Positions 50,354 through 64,000 of a stretch of DNA of 64,000 nt are shown here, piece after piece; within the stretch, counting starts at the first letter, position 1, and every line of letters begins with the position of its first letter. This DNA comes from Malacoraja senta. Its lineage: Eukaryota. The position numbers and the translations under genes are program-made. Below the pieces are notes generated by a model, which worked only from the letters and a program-made list of their open reading frames with translations, did not search any database and was not told the DNA's origin. Location of the stretch: positions 2,046,001 to 2,110,000 of the forward strand of contig CM075988.1 in NCBI GenBank assembly GCA_038087875.1, given 5' to 3'.

Positions 50354-51368
50354 TGTAAATTATTGGGGGCAAATCCTCCAAGATTATGGAAGAACTCGGG
50401 GATAAGGACCTGGACATTTTAAAACAGACATGCTGGCTGCAAAAGGAAAAAAACAAAACAAGGGATCACAAGTTCAAAGCCTGTCTGTGGGCCTGGGCAG
50501 CCACATGACTATGCGAATGGTGAGAACAGGAAAGGCCAGGACGGAGATAATGAGATTATCTTGGAAAGACAAAGGAAGGAACCGAGCCCAGCAGACGGGG
50601 GTCAATAGTGCAGCAGCAAGACAATCACCATCGTAAATGGCCCATCCATCGAGGCAATGGGAGCCCATCCAGGTGATGGGATAACGATCAGGCTGAGGCA
50701 TCGTGACATCAGCAAACCCATTATCATCGGAAGCCTATTGTTCATGCCAGATCGAAACTTGAAATCATCGAAAGACCCTTTTGTCCAGAGGACCACCTGG
50801 GAGGTTTCAAGAGAGAAACTCGGGTATAAAAGGGACAGGCAAGCAAGAGCCCGCTCTCTTTTCTGCTCTGTTGGACGGCTCCTGATCCTGCATCGATCCA
50901 GCTGTAAGTACCCCAGACGACCTGGTGAAGTTCCCGAAATAGGATAGAGGTTGAGAGAAGAAGGGGAAAGGGGGGGGAGGGGTGCATTTGTAATTAAAAT
51001 TGTGTAAAACAAGTTTTTACGACATGCCCGATAATTTTCTTTCCATAGTCTGAGTTTAAAGCATACGTTTAGTCACGTATTATGTAGAGTTGGTGAGATT
51101 CGATTTCTTATTTGTTCAATAAAGCCTGTAAATTTTAGACTTGCTTTGAATCTGTCTTGGTTTCTGTTTTCTCTCATCAGCACGCTCTGGTCGTCAACCT
51201 TTTTTTTCATATCCCACCATAATTCCGAGGTCTAGAACCGAGGGGAACCCTTTTTTTTGTATTTTCTCTTGGGAACCGCTCGAGTGGAGTGGTGGCCGTT
51301 TGACCCACCGACAAGGGAGAGAATCACTCGGGCAGGTGGGCCCGAAGTGGAGCAAAGGGAACGAAACC
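50354..51368 (+). repeat. 3' LTR (terminal few bases lost)
   Basis: Matches the 5' LTR with scattered substitutions and small indels; preceded by AGGGGCA. Confidence 0.92.
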
Positions 51369-52560
51369 TGTTCAGCGACCTGTGCCCCCTGTGAGTACCC
51401 ATCGTACCGTCAGCTCCAACCCCTTCCCCTCTGGTCCCCCTTGCAGGCTCCTGCCCCCTCCCCGTGATGCCCCCCTCTCCCCCACAACCCCCGTCTTTTC
51501 TCCGAGCTCTTTCCCTTCCTGCCCACACCCCCCCTCCCCCCCACAATCCTCCCACACAAGCACCCCACATCCCTCCTCCCCCCTGCCCACTCACGCCTCT
51601 CCCCGCCCACCACCCTCACAACCACCCCAGACCCCCTTCCCCCGCACCCTTCCCCCATGCCCACACCCCCCCTGCCCAGCCCCCACAAACACCCCCCCCG
51701 CACACACCCTCCCCCACAACCCTCCCCCGCCCACACCGCCCCCCCACCACCCACACCTTCCCCTCCCATATACCCCCACACACACCCCCCATGCCTACAC
51801 AACCCCCTGCCCACACACGCCCCCCACCCCCCCCCATACACCCCTCCCCCCACAATCCCTCTCCCCGCCCACACACCCGTCCCCAGCTGTAGGATGCTTC
51901 CCCTCCACCATACCCCGCCTAAAGCCGTCCCCCTCCCCCGGCTATAGAACGCTCCCCGCCGGCTCCAGCCTGAAGCCATCCCCAGCTGCAGGACGTTCCC
52001 ACCCCACCCCCCCACTGGCCCCTACCTGATGCCATCCCATCCCCAGCTGCAGGATGCTCCACCACACTCCAGCAGCCCCCGCCTGAAGCCGCCCCCATCC
52101 CCAGCTGCAGGATTCTCTCCACCGGTCCCTGCCTGAAGCCGGTAGGCCACAGCAGCGACAGACCACAGCCACTGCAGCAGTAGGCCATGACAGCAATAGG
52201 CCATGGTAGTCCCTGCCTGAAGCCATCCCCCTCCCCCGGCTGCAGGACACTCCCCCCTCCCCTTCGGCCCCCCGACAGTCCCTGCCTGAAGCCGTCCCCC
52301 TCCCCCGCTGCAGTACACTGACCCCCCCCACCAGCCCCCGCCTGAAGCCGTCCAGTCCCCAGCTGCGGGACGCACCCCCACCGGTCCCTGCCTGAGGCCG
52401 GTGGGGAGCGGCAGCGGTAGGCCATTACAGCTATCCCCCCCTCCCCACCGGCTCCCGACAGGCACCACTCAAAGCTGTCCCCCTCCCGGGCTGCAAGACG
52501 CTCCCCCACCGGCCCCCGACAGCTCCCGCCTGAAGCTGCCCCCCTCCCCTGGCTGCAGAA
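51369..52560. repeat. C-rich low-complexity tract and degenerate minisatellite
   Basis: Recurrent CCCCAGCTGCAGGA and CCTGAAGCCGTCCCC units; strong C skew. Confidence 0.8.
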
Positions 52561-53122
52561 CGCAACAAGAGACGCAAAAGAAAGAATGGACTGAATAAAT
52601 CTCATCTTTAACATTTAAATTGTTGATATATTTTAGGAGTTATTCAAATTTTAAGCTTAAAATAAATCCCTTTGCACTTGCCGTGCCCGTCAGCTGCGCC
52701 TGCGCAGTAATACCTGTGTGTTCTACGTCGCAATGGGAACCCAATGGGCGGGAATGGCTGCGCCGCCAGAGAGCCGCTAAGAGTGGATGTGGGGGATGGA
52801 GTGAATGGGGAGGTGAAGGGCAAGGGGCGGAGTGGGGGGGGCGGTGAGGGGAGGAGGGGAGGATCAGGGGTGTCACAACAGGAAACTATCAGTCGTGCCT
52901 GCGCATTTAGGGGCTATGCATCAGTATTGGAATATTGCTTTGGCGGAACGGGTTGCATTGGGGGAACGGGTGAGTGGTGGAATATTGCGTTGGGGAATGG
53001 GTTGCCTTGGGGGACCAGGCCTCCCCTGTGACTGGCCTAGGTATGACAATAAAACACTCTTGACTTGTCTTGACATTCACCTCACCTGGTATACTGCGAC
53101 TCAGTATCACTGAGTCAGGATG

Positions 53123-53327
53123 TGTAATGAGTCGAGTCGTACACACATCAAGATACAACACATATTTATTAAAGTCCACACAGCATTGGTCTGCAGGACA
53201 TTACAGTAACTAGCAGTTACTCAGACTGAATTACATAAGCAAGGCTCTTGGTAATATAAATCGCATAATAGGTGGAGCTACTACTAACAAGCACTACAAT
53301 TGGTTACTTTGAAATAACCAATCTACA
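53123..53327 (-). repeat. Gypsy 3' LTR (~205 bp)
   Basis: Minus strand PPT AAGGAAAGA then TGTAG...TTACA; AATAAA at 53170-53165; partner LTR not visible. Confidence 0.7.
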
Positions 53328-54205
53328 TCTTTCCTTGTAGAAACAAAATAAAGCATAGATACGTGGAAACATGGTGGCTAAACAATACAGTAGCCAAAAC
53401 GATAATAATGCATATGGGGAAGTAAAGATGGTTACACAAAATCACCGTATCTAATGGGTGGCCTGTTAACCCGTCTGGCACAAGTGCGGTACGAATCTGC
53501 ATCTCCTCCTTTCACCGGTGAAGTGACTGGGGAGGTGACCGGGGACGGCACCGGAGACCCGCCGGGTGGAGGTGGTGAAGTAGGCGAACTGGGCACTGAA
53601 CGCTGTGGAGAGGCCGCGGGGGACACAGTCTCTGGTAGTGGAGCAGCCGGCGCGGTAGTGGGAGGGTAAACAAAATGCGAGACCTCTGGATACGTAGTCG
53701 CAGGACGTGGTTCCGTCACAGGAAGATGTTGACAGTTGCGTCTGTAAATGGCCCTGTCCGCGCTAACCAAGTAGGAGCGCGGTTCTTTGGCAGGGCTGTG
53801 GATGTGACCCAGACGGCCATAGCCCTTGTTGGTCTGGAGGCGAACAACCTGTTCACTGGAGAGAGGTTTAAGTGGCTTACTGGACTTGTCAAAAAAAAGT
53901 TTTTGTGCATCGCGCTTGAACTGTAGTTGTTTCTGGACCATGGGTGGAGAACGGACCTGTGGCTGCAGAAGCTGCTGGGGTACAGGCAGGGCAGCGGGGG
54001 TGTGACAAGACATCAGTCGCTGGGCTGGGCAACCCAGTATGGGATCCCTGGCAATGTTCCTTAAGTTGAGCAGGTCCAGGTCGACGTCAGATTTAGCAAG
54101 GTAAGAACGCTCCATTAGTTGTTTTGCACTTAGTTACGGCCCGTTCAGCGAGTCCGTTGGACTGCGGAACCTCAGGGCTGCTGTTGATATGTCGAAAGTC
54201 CCATC

Positions 54206-56203
54206 ATATAACCATATAACCATATAACCATTACAGCACAGAAACAGGCCATCTCGGCCCTTCAAGTCCGCGCCGAACATTAAAAAAAATATATATATAT
54301 ACTTCCCCCTACTCCCATCTACCTGCACTCAGACCATAACCCTCCATTCCTTTCCCGTCCATATACCCATCCAATCTATTTTTAAAGGATAAAATCGAAC
54401 CAGCCTCCACCACTTCCACTGGAAGCTCATTCCACACAGCTACCACTCTCTGAGTAAAGAAGTTCCCCCTAATGTTACCCCTAAACTTCTGTCCCTTAAT
54501 TCTCAAGTAATGTCCCCTTGTTTGAATCTTCCCTACTCTCAATGGTAAAAGCTTATCCACGTCAACTCTGTCTAACCCGCTCATAATTTTAAAGACCTCT
54601 ATCAAGTCCCCTCTTAACCTTCTGCGCTCCAAAGAATAAAGACCTAACTTGTTCAACCTTTCTCTGTAACTTAGTTGCTGAAACCCAGGCAACATTCTAG
54701 TAAATCTCCTCTGTACTCTCTCTATTTTGTTGACATCCTTCCTATAATTAGGCGACCAAAATTGTACTCCATACTCCAGAATTGGCCTCACCAATGCCTT
54801 GTACAATTTTAACATTACATCCCAACTTCTATATTCAATGCACTGATTTATAAAGGCCAGCACACCAAAAGCTTTCTTTACCACCCTATCTACATGAGAT
54901 TCCACCTTCAGTGAACTATGTACAGTTATTCCTAGATCCCTCAGTTCAACTGCATTCCTCAATTTTCTACCATTTACCATGTACGTCCTATTTTGATTTG
55001 TCCTGCCGAGATGTAGTACCTCACATTTATCAGCATTAAACTCCATCTGCCATCTTTCAGCCCACTCTTCCAAATGGCCTAAATCTCTCTGTAGACTTTG
55101 AAAATCTACTTCATTATCCACCACACCACCTATCTTAGTATCATCTGCATACTTACTAATCCAATTTTCCACACCATCATCCAGATCATTGATGTACATG
55201 ACAAACAACAGTGGACCCAACACAGACCCCTGAGGCACCCCACTAGTCACCGGCCTCCAACCTGACAAACAGCCATCCACCATTACTCTCTGGCATCTCC
55301 CATTCAGCCACTGTTGAATCCATCTTGCTACTCCACCATTAATACCCAACAATTTAATCTTCTTAACCAACCTTCCATGAGGAACCTTGTCAAAGGCCTT
55401 ACTGAAGTCCATATAGACAACATCCACTGCTTTACCCTCATCAATTTCCCTAGTAACCTCTTCGAAAAATTCTAGAAGATTAGTCAAACATGACCTTCCA
55501 GGCACAAATCCATGTTGACTGTTCCTAATCAGACCCTGCTTATCCAGATGCTTATATATATTATCTCTAAGTATCCTTTCCATTAATTTGCCCACAACTG
55601 ATGTCAAACTAACAGGTCTATAATTGCTAGGTTTACTCTTCGAACCCTTTTTAAACAACAGAACAACATGCGCAGTACGCCAATCCTCCGGCACTATTCC
55701 CTTTCTAATGACATTTGAAATATTTCTGTCATAGCCCCTGCTATTTCTACACTAACTTCCCTCAATGTCCTCGGGAATATCCTGTCAGGACCTGGAGACT
55801 TATCCGTTTTCATATTTTTCAAAAGTGTCCGCACCTCCTCTTCTTTGAATCTCATAGTTTCCATTGCTACTCTGCTTGTTTCCCTTACCTCACATAATTC
55901 CATATCCTTCTCCTTGGTGAATACCGAAGAAAATAAATTGTTCAATATCTCCCCCATCTCTTTTGGCTCTGCAGATAGCTGTCCACTCTGACTCTCTAAT
56001 GGACCAATTTTATTCCTTGTTATCCTTTTGCTATTAATATAACTGTAGAAACCCTTTGGATTTACTTTCACCTTACTTGCCAAAGCAACCTCATATCTTC
56101 TTTTAGCTTTTCTAATTTCTTTCTTAATATTCTTTTTACATTCTTTATACTCCTCAAGCACCTGATTTACTCCATGCTGCCTATAATTATTGTAGATCTG
56201 TAT
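54206..56203 (-). mobile_element. Young 5'-truncated CR1 in the Gypsy integrase region
   Basis: Open 461-aa RT frame 54309-55694 with YADD; (ATATGGTT)n tail. Confidence 0.92.
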
Positions 56204-57545
56204 TGTATTGTTGGCACGTATGTACTTGGTCATACCAGGCCAGTAAAACATGCTCTGTGCCCGTTGTAACGTTGCCTCCACGACGGGGTGGCCCCTGTTG
56301 AAGACGTCAAAGTACTTGTCCCGGAGGACAGCTGGGACAAATGCCTTGTGGCCCTTAACTATAATCCCGTCCTGCAACACCAGTTCGTCACGAACCAGGA
56401 AGTATGGGCGGATTGTGAGCGGGGTGCTGTGTTGTTTATCCGGCCAGCCTCGCCGGATGACCACGGACAGCAATTGTAAAGTCACGTCAGCAGCCGTGTG
56501 CTCTGCCAGGCTACTTAGGCAATCAGTAGGAACATACGATACCTTCATTACTGAGAACTGGTCCTGTTCAGAGGGCTGTTGTTTGCTGGTTTTGCATGGG
56601 GCCCTTGATAGCGTGTCAGCTATGTGCATGTCCTTGCCGTTTTTGTAGACAATGTTGAAATCGAAACGCTGCAGCTGCATCATCATCCATTGCAGGCGAG
56701 CCAGAGCAGCGTGAATGGGTTTATTCAAGATGGTGACCAGCCATCAGCCAGCCATTCAAGATGGTGACCAGTTTCTATAGTCACAGACTTCCCAAAAATA
56801 AAGTCTTTGAATTTTGTGCAGGTATAAACCATTGCAAGCAATTATTTTTCAATCTGGGCGTAACATTGTTCAGTATCGGTTAGAGTGCGAGAGGCATATG
56901 AAACAGGCTTGCAGTTGCCATTGGTAGTGGTCTGCAAGCAAGCAGCGCCAAGTTCGTACTGGGACGCATCACATGTGAGTGTTACTGGTAACTCCAAAGC
57001 GAAATAGGCAAGGGTAGGTGCGCTGCCCAGCTGTAACTTGAGGATATCAAAAGCTCTTTGGTGCTGCAGATACCAAGACCATGCAGCGTCTTTGTGTGTC
57101 AGTTCGATCGCTGAGGTTGGGAATAAATTTCCTCAGGGTAGTTGACCATTCCAAGGAACCTTTGTAGACTCTTAACGTCAGTAGGAAACGGCATCTCGTT
57201 GATAGCAACAGTTTTTGTTGGGTCTGGTCTGAGACCATCACTTGTGAAAACATGTCCGACATAGGTAATTTCCGGGAACCGGAACTTGCACTTCAGGGGA
57301 TTGAGTTTAAGCTGAATGTCTTTGGCATGGTCCAACACCCTCTTCAGATTGGCTTCATGCTCAGCCAAGTCGCGCCTGTAGACGAGAATGTCATCAACAA
57401 TGATGGCGCATGGATACCCCGCAAACAGTTGTTCCATCGTGCGCTGAAAAACCTCGCTGGCAGAGTTGATGCCAAATGGCATTCTCAGGAATTTGTAATG
57501 GCCGAAGGGGGTACCGAACATAGTAAGGTTGAACAAGTCTTGGTC

Positions 57546-60500
57546 TACCACCACCCAGCACCCAGAGTTCTGAGGTATTTGGTTGCACCATATGAGTCAA
57601 TAACACTAAACTAATATATAATACAAGACGATAGACAAATAAAGAATGGAGGAATTACATTCTGCAGTTTGGAATATAAGGGGTGCTAATGAACCAATTA
57701 AGAGGGGTAACATTTTTGCCCAATTAAAATCATTAAATTCTGACATAATGTTTTTGCAGGAAACACACATGAAACAACAAACACAGATGAGATTGCAGGC
57801 AAACTGGATAGGTCAAACATATTATTCTTCATTTACTTCTAAATCTAGAGGTACGGCTATTATTATTCGGAAAGGTATACCATTTAAATTAAAGAATACT
57901 ATTTCAGATAAAGAGGGAAGGTATATTATAGTTTCGGGAGAAATTTATTCAATCCCACTGACTATGATAAATATTTACGCTCCGAATTTTGATAACCCCC
58001 AATTTTTAAATAAAATTATAGATATAATATCAGAGTTTAATTACCAAAATGTAATAATAGGGGGGGGACTTCAATTGCATTTTAGATCCATATTTAGACA
58101 AATCAGTAAAACAAAGGAGGGGTAATTTAAAATCTAAGACTAGTGAACTTCTAAATACATATATAAAAAATACTAATATAACAGATGTATGGAGAACTGC
58201 TAATCCAACTGGAAGGGAATATTCGTTTTACTCATCAGTACATAAAACTTATTCACAAATTAATTATTTTTTAGTGGATACAAAATTAATTCCATATACA
58301 ATTAATCCTTCATACCACACCAGTATTATTTCCGATCATTCTCCGCTGACTTTTCTATTAAAATTTGAGGGAATGCCGGGTAAAAAATCTTTCTGGAGGT
58401 TTAACACACAAATTCTAAACGACCCACAAGGTTATAAATATTTAAAACAACAAATGACATTTTTTTTTGAGGCAAATGAAACACCAGGTATTTCACCTTC
58501 TTTATTATGGGAAACTTTCAAGGCATTTATCAGAGGAGTTATAATCTCATCAAATTTTTCAAAATAAAAAGAATAAGACAGAACAACTGATGCTAGAACA
58601 AGAAATTAGACAATTAGAGTTAGATAATGCCAAAGATCCAACTACAGATAAACATAATAAGATAATACTATTGAAATTTAAACTTAATCGAATTTTATCA
58701 GCAAGAGTAATAAGATTATTCCAAATTACAAAACAGGAACATTTCAAATTTGGTGACAAGCCACAAAAACTCTTAGCTCGCCAATTGAAAAAACAAGAAA
58801 AGGAAAATACTATCACTAAAATTAAATCAGAGAAAGGTGAATTACTAACATTACCTAAGGATATTAACAATAGATTTGCTCAATTTTATCAAAACTAAAA
58901 TAGAAGATAGTAAAATTATAATTTTTTTAGATAACTGTAATCTTCCAAAACTTGACCTTTCAGAACAAGAGGAATTAGGAGCTCAGATTACACTTGAAGA
59001 AATAGGTGAAACAATAAAATCGTTAAAAAATGGTAAGACGCCTGGACCAGATGGTTTTAGTAACGAATTTTATAAAAGATTTCACGAGATAACGGTTCCA
59101 CGCTTACTTAATTTATATACTCACGCCTTTAAAGAAAATAAACTACCAGAAACATTAGCTGAATCAACTATTACGCTTATACCAAAAAAAGATAACAATT
59201 TAGATGAACCGGGCTCATATAGAGCTATATCACTTTTAAATACAGATCAGAAAATTTTAGCAAAGACCTTAGCAAGAAGATTGAGTAAATACATTAGTAA
59301 ATTGATAAATCCTGATAAAACGGGGTTTATACCCAAAAGACATTCATTTAATAATTTGAGATGCCTGTTTAATATAATGTACTCACATAAAACGGAGGAA
59401 GAAGATATATCAATTGTTTCTCTGGACGCAGAGAAAGCATTTGATCAGGTAGAGTGGCAGTATTTATATAAAGTACTGCAAAAATTTAATATTGGAGAGA
59501 ATTTTATTGTATGGGTAAAATTATTATATGCTAAACCGACAGCAAGAATATTAACCAATAATATGTTATCTCCAAAATTTCATTTATCGAGGGGCAATAG
59601 GCAGGGATGTGCTTTATCACCTCTGCTATTTGCCCTTATGATAGAGCCCCTGGCTGAAAGTATAAGAATTCATCCGAATATTCAGGGATATAATACTAGG
59701 GACTCAAATAATAAAATTTCATTATATGCAGACAATATGCCTTTATACATTACAAATTCACAAACGAGCATACCAAACTTATTAAATTTAATAGAGGAAT
59801 TCGGTTCTTTTTCTGGATATAGAATTGGAATAAAAGTGAAATCATGACGCTAAAACCTCAAGAATCTACACACCTATTAAAATTCCCCTTTAAAATTGCA
59901 ACAGAAAAATTTAAGTATTTGGGTATTCAAATTACTAGAAAATACAAAGCATTATTTAATGCTAATTTTATGCCTTTATTAAATAAACTCAACACGTTGA
60001 TTAAATTCTGGAAAACACTTCCGTTATCATTAAAAGGCAGAATAAACGCTATAAAAATGATATTTTTATCACAAATATTATACCTATTTCAATCTATACT
60101 ATTATGTATACCAAAAAACTTTTTTTTTAAAACTAGACTCTAATATTACTGATGCGTTGTCTATTTGAGCAGCAATTTCCTCTACCGTTCACATAGGGTA
60201 GTTCGGGCGTGTGTTGAGGTCCCTGGGGTTGATGCAGATACAGATTTCTTCATTGTTTTTTTGTTGTTGCAACCACCATGGTGGAAACCCAGTCAGATGG
60301 GTCAGTAACTTCAGCAATGACACCCAGGGAGACTATCTGCTTGAGCTCATTGTGTACTCTGCCGCACATGGCATGCAGAATACGATGTGGTGCTCGAACC
60401 ACAGGAGTGACTTTGGCATCAACGGCGATGTTGTACTTGAGGGACAGCTTGCCAAGCTCATCGTAAAATACTTCTCTATAGTGAGAGAGTATTTACTGAG

Positions 60501-62344
60501 TGGGGCCACCAGCGACAGAAAAATTTAAGTATTTGGGTATTCAAATTACTAGAAAAAACAAAGCATTATTTAATGCTAATTTTATGCCCTTATTAAATAA
60601 ACTCAACACGTTGATTAAATTCTGGAAAACACTTCCGTTATCATTAAAAGGCAGAATAAACGCTATAAAAATGATATTTTTATCACAAGTATTATACCTA
60701 TTTCAATCTATACTATTATATATACCAAAAAACTTTTTTTTTTAAACTAGACTCTAATATTACCAATTTTATTTGTGACTATAGATCACACAGAATTCAA
60801 AGAAAACACTTGTGCAAACCAAAAGATGTTGGGGGGACTTTCACTTCCGAACTTGTTGTATTATTATTGGGCAGTGCATATTAAGAATATAATTTACTGG
60901 TTGGACAGTTCTACCCAACAGACAGAATGGATAAGAATGGAGAAAGAGGATTGTTCTCCTTGTAACATAGGAGCGATCCTCTTCTCCCCGATAAAACTGA
61001 ACAACACAATATATAAGAATAACCCAATTATACATGATACAATAAGAATTTGGAAACAAATAAAATTATCTTTAAAATTAAGAAACCTATCATTGTTAAT
61101 GGCAATAGTGAATAATCCTTCATTTAAACCGTCTCTTATTGATAAAATATATAATCAATGGGAAAAAATTGATTAAAAGGATCGGTGATATGTATGAAAT
61201 GGGAAATCTGTTATCATTCCAACAATTCTAATTAAAAATTAAACTGAAAAATAACCAATATTTTAAATATCTTCAGATCTGCGACTTCATGAAGAAATAC
61301 ATACAAAGATATCAAAACATAACTTTAGATCCACTGGAAGAAACAATGAATATTAAGGCTGACTCACAGAAATTAATATCATATTTATATAATAGTATTT
61401 TAAATATAGACCTACCATCGACAGAGGCACAGAGAAGATTGGGAATGAGAATTAATGATAAAAATCACGAAGGAAAAATGGGAAAAGTATTTGATATATA
61501 TACACAAATGTTCGATTAATGTAAGACATAATTTAATTCAATTTAAAATTTTACATAGATTATATTATTCAAAAACTAGATTGAATAAATTCTATCCAAA
61601 TACCTCCCCCATTTGTGATAAATGTCTATCCCAAAATGCAACTATAACACACTCTTTTGTTTCCTGCATAAAACTTTACAAATTCTGGAGTGATATTTTT
61701 GAAATATTTACAAAATTATTCAAGATAAAAATGGAACCTAATACTGAAATGATTATATTTGGAGTAATGGAAGATGGGAATAAATTGAACTCATCTCAAC
61801 ATTTCTTTTTTAATTATGGGTTAATAACGGCAAAAAAACGTATACTTAAATTTTGGAAAAATACACCCATACCACGCTTAAAATGTGGATTTCAAATATG
61901 TTGGACACCGCACATCTTGAGGAAATGCGATTCCTCCTAATAGATAAATCAGACCAATTCTTAATGAGTTGGTCTCCATTTGTTGATTTTTTGGAAGCAT
62001 ATGGTGCAACAAAATCGTAGAAGCCAACTGTTTCAGGATTGGGTGAGGGATGGTCAAGAATATAGATAATGATCTTCTTAATCTCTTACTTTCTACTCTT
62101 TCTCTCTCTATCTTCTTTTCTTCATTTTTCTTCTTTCACCCTTTTCTCCTTTTCACACACTATATATCACACGTTTTTCTATCTTTTATTATCTATTCTC
62201 TCTTTTTCTTTTTCATTATTTTTAAAAAAAAGAAGTTATACATAAAATGTAACATGTCAATATATATTAAGCACCTTGGTGCCATATTTCTGTACTTACT
62301 TCTAATAAAATTAAATTAAAAAAATTAAATTAAAAAAAAAAAAA
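57546..62344 (+). mobile_element. L1-like LINE (ORF2 with frameshifts) inserted in the Gypsy RT
   Basis: WNIRG, LQETH, NIYAPN, ISDH, PGPDGF, LDAEKAFD, RQGCALSPLLF, CDKC..H..C; AATAAA and poly(A) at ~62303-62344. Confidence 0.92.
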
Positions 62345-64000
62345 GGCTGGGTCCACTGGAATCTGCCAAAACAAGCTTTTGGCATCCAGAATGGAGAACA
62401 CTGATGCGTTGTCTATTTGAGCAGCAATTTCCTCTACCGTTCACATAGGGTAGTTCGGGCGTGTGTTGAGGTCCCTGGGGTTGATGCAGATACAGATTTC
62501 TTCATTGTTTTTTTGTTGTTGCAACCACCATGGTGGAAACCCAGTCAGATGGGTCAGTAACTTCAGCAATGACACCCAGGGAGACCATCCGCTTGAGCTC
62601 ATTGTGTACTCTGCCGCACATGGCATGCAGAATACGATGTGGTGCTCAAACCACAGGAGTGACTTTGGCATCAACGGCGATGTTGTACTTGAGGGACAGC
62701 TTGCCAAGCTCATCGTAAAATACTTCTCTATAGTGAGAGAGTATTTACTGAGTGGGGCCACCAGCGAGAAAGAGTTGATGGACAGTGTGGCCAAAGTAAA
62801 CTAGACCTAGATCATGGCATACATTGATACCAACCAGAGTTTCAGAATTCCCCTTGACTATATAAAACCTCAGGGTGTGAGACTGTGAGTCTATGATGCA
62901 GTTTAAGTCAGTTTCTCCAACCGGTTTTAGAACATCACCCCCATAGGCCCGTAGTGTGTCCGAGGCCTTTTCAACATGTTCAGCATTACGGGGTTTTTTA
63001 AACACAGATAATGAGATGACAGTACATTTCAATCCGGTATCAATCTTAGCGATCACAGGCTTGTTATTTACAAACATGGTTACCTCAGGGTCAAGTTGCT
63101 CGTTAGAGGAAGGGAGGAGGGAGTGGATGGCTGAACTGTTATCTGCACTTGCGGAGAGCTGAGCAGGGGATAGCTCATCAAGCTCTTGGCTTTCATTATC
63201 AGCGTTGTAACAGGTACAAACTCATCCTTGGGACGGATTGAGTCACACGGGAACGGCAACATTTTGCAAAGTGGTTACATTTCTTGCAGAAATTGCAAAT
63301 ATCACCATAAGCAATACAGAACTCCCGACCCAGAGCATGAGAATAGTTACAATTAGGACATCGAGCAGCAGACCTTCTCTGCTGCCAGGCAGGGGAAGGC
63401 TGCGGATGCTTGTTACAACAGGACATGTCTGTAAGGTTACCACTATACTGGGAGTGCAGCCCAGAGATCACAGACTTAGTGTGAGCAGCCGTTATCTCAG
63501 CAATCCGACAGGCGTGTTTGGTTTGATTTAGAGTCAGTTCAGTGTTACGAAGTAATTTGTCCATCACCTTGTCATTGAGCATACCTCCAACGGGTTTGTT
63601 GCAGATCAGTTCATCGCATAAATCTTGAAAATGACAGTGCGCAGCCATGTGTTTCAAGTCGCTGATACTCTACTTGCTCGCCAACTTGTTGCTTACGAGC
63701 AAAAAACGTTTTACTTTCGCTAACCATTTGTGTCTAAAAGAGCAGGCTCAAAAGTAAAATGGTCTGCATGTTTCATTGCCTCAGGACCAGCCAGGTTTAG
63801 TAGCACAGAAGCACGTATATCTGGAGGATCGATGCGATGAACTATGCAAATGTAGTGAATGTAGTTGCGCTCGAAAAAGCACCAGCGTTCAGCAATGTCA
63901 GAGTCAAAGATCAGAGGACTAGGACGGCGAGACGGGTTTGCCATGATAGAGATAACAGGCACATGAAACAAATATAAAAAACAAAACCCGATAAACTTGA

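Larger units (their letters stand above)
44323..51368 (+). mobile_element. Endogenous retrovirus, lokiretrovirus-like (LTR-gag-pro-RT-[deletion]-env-LTR)
   Basis: Paired ~1-kb LTRs, PBS, coiled-coil gag with CCHC remnant, LLDTGAS protease, YVDD RT, env with RQRR site and TM segment. Confidence 0.85.
53123..64000 (-). mobile_element. Degraded Ty3/Gypsy LTR retrotransposon interrupted by CR1 and L1
   Basis: gag from 63944 (MANPSRRP..CNFCKKCNHFAKCC), protease KIDTG, RT RMPFGINSASEVFQ/IIVDDILV, RNase H CDAS, integrase remnants; 5' LTR beyond the window. Confidence 0.9.

Noticed and set aside
51232..52614. Long Pro/Gly-rich ORFs
   Set aside because: Expected by-product of C-rich low-complexity sequence with few stop codons
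53098..53116. GACTCAGT-ATC-ACTGAGTC palindrome
   Set aside because: 8-bp arms can arise by chance in 64 kb and there is no supporting context
55694..56728. 344-aa ORF as a gene
   Set aside because: Chance in-frame junction of Gypsy pol and an inserted CR1

Overview
Repeat-dense vertebrate genomic DNA; the mix of CR1, V-domain tRNA-SINE and Penelope families suggests a cartilaginous fish such as a skate or ray (inference). One host gene is visible: BARX2 on the minus strand, with exon 1 in a CpG island (CDS 38559-38415), a ~19 kb intron 1 and exon 2 (19283-19028, start of the homeodomain). I did not find the remaining exons, which probably lie left of the window. The rest is mostly nested transposons: a degraded DIRS element, many CR1 LINEs (one apparently intact copy at 39464-44178), L1/Tx1-like, L2/Crack-like and Rex1-like fragments, Penelope pieces with hammerhead-like cores, DNA-transposon relics, a Gypsy element, and a ~7 kb endogenous retrovirus resembling lokiretroviruses. 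The top finding is a 144-bp TSD-flanked retroposon in BARX2 intron 1 (20415-20558, minus). Its first 54 nt fit a minimal HDV/CPEB3-like ribozyme whose predicted cleavage site is exactly the element's 5' end. Boundaries of degraded repeats are approximate, and all family assignments are by eye and recall, not by database search.
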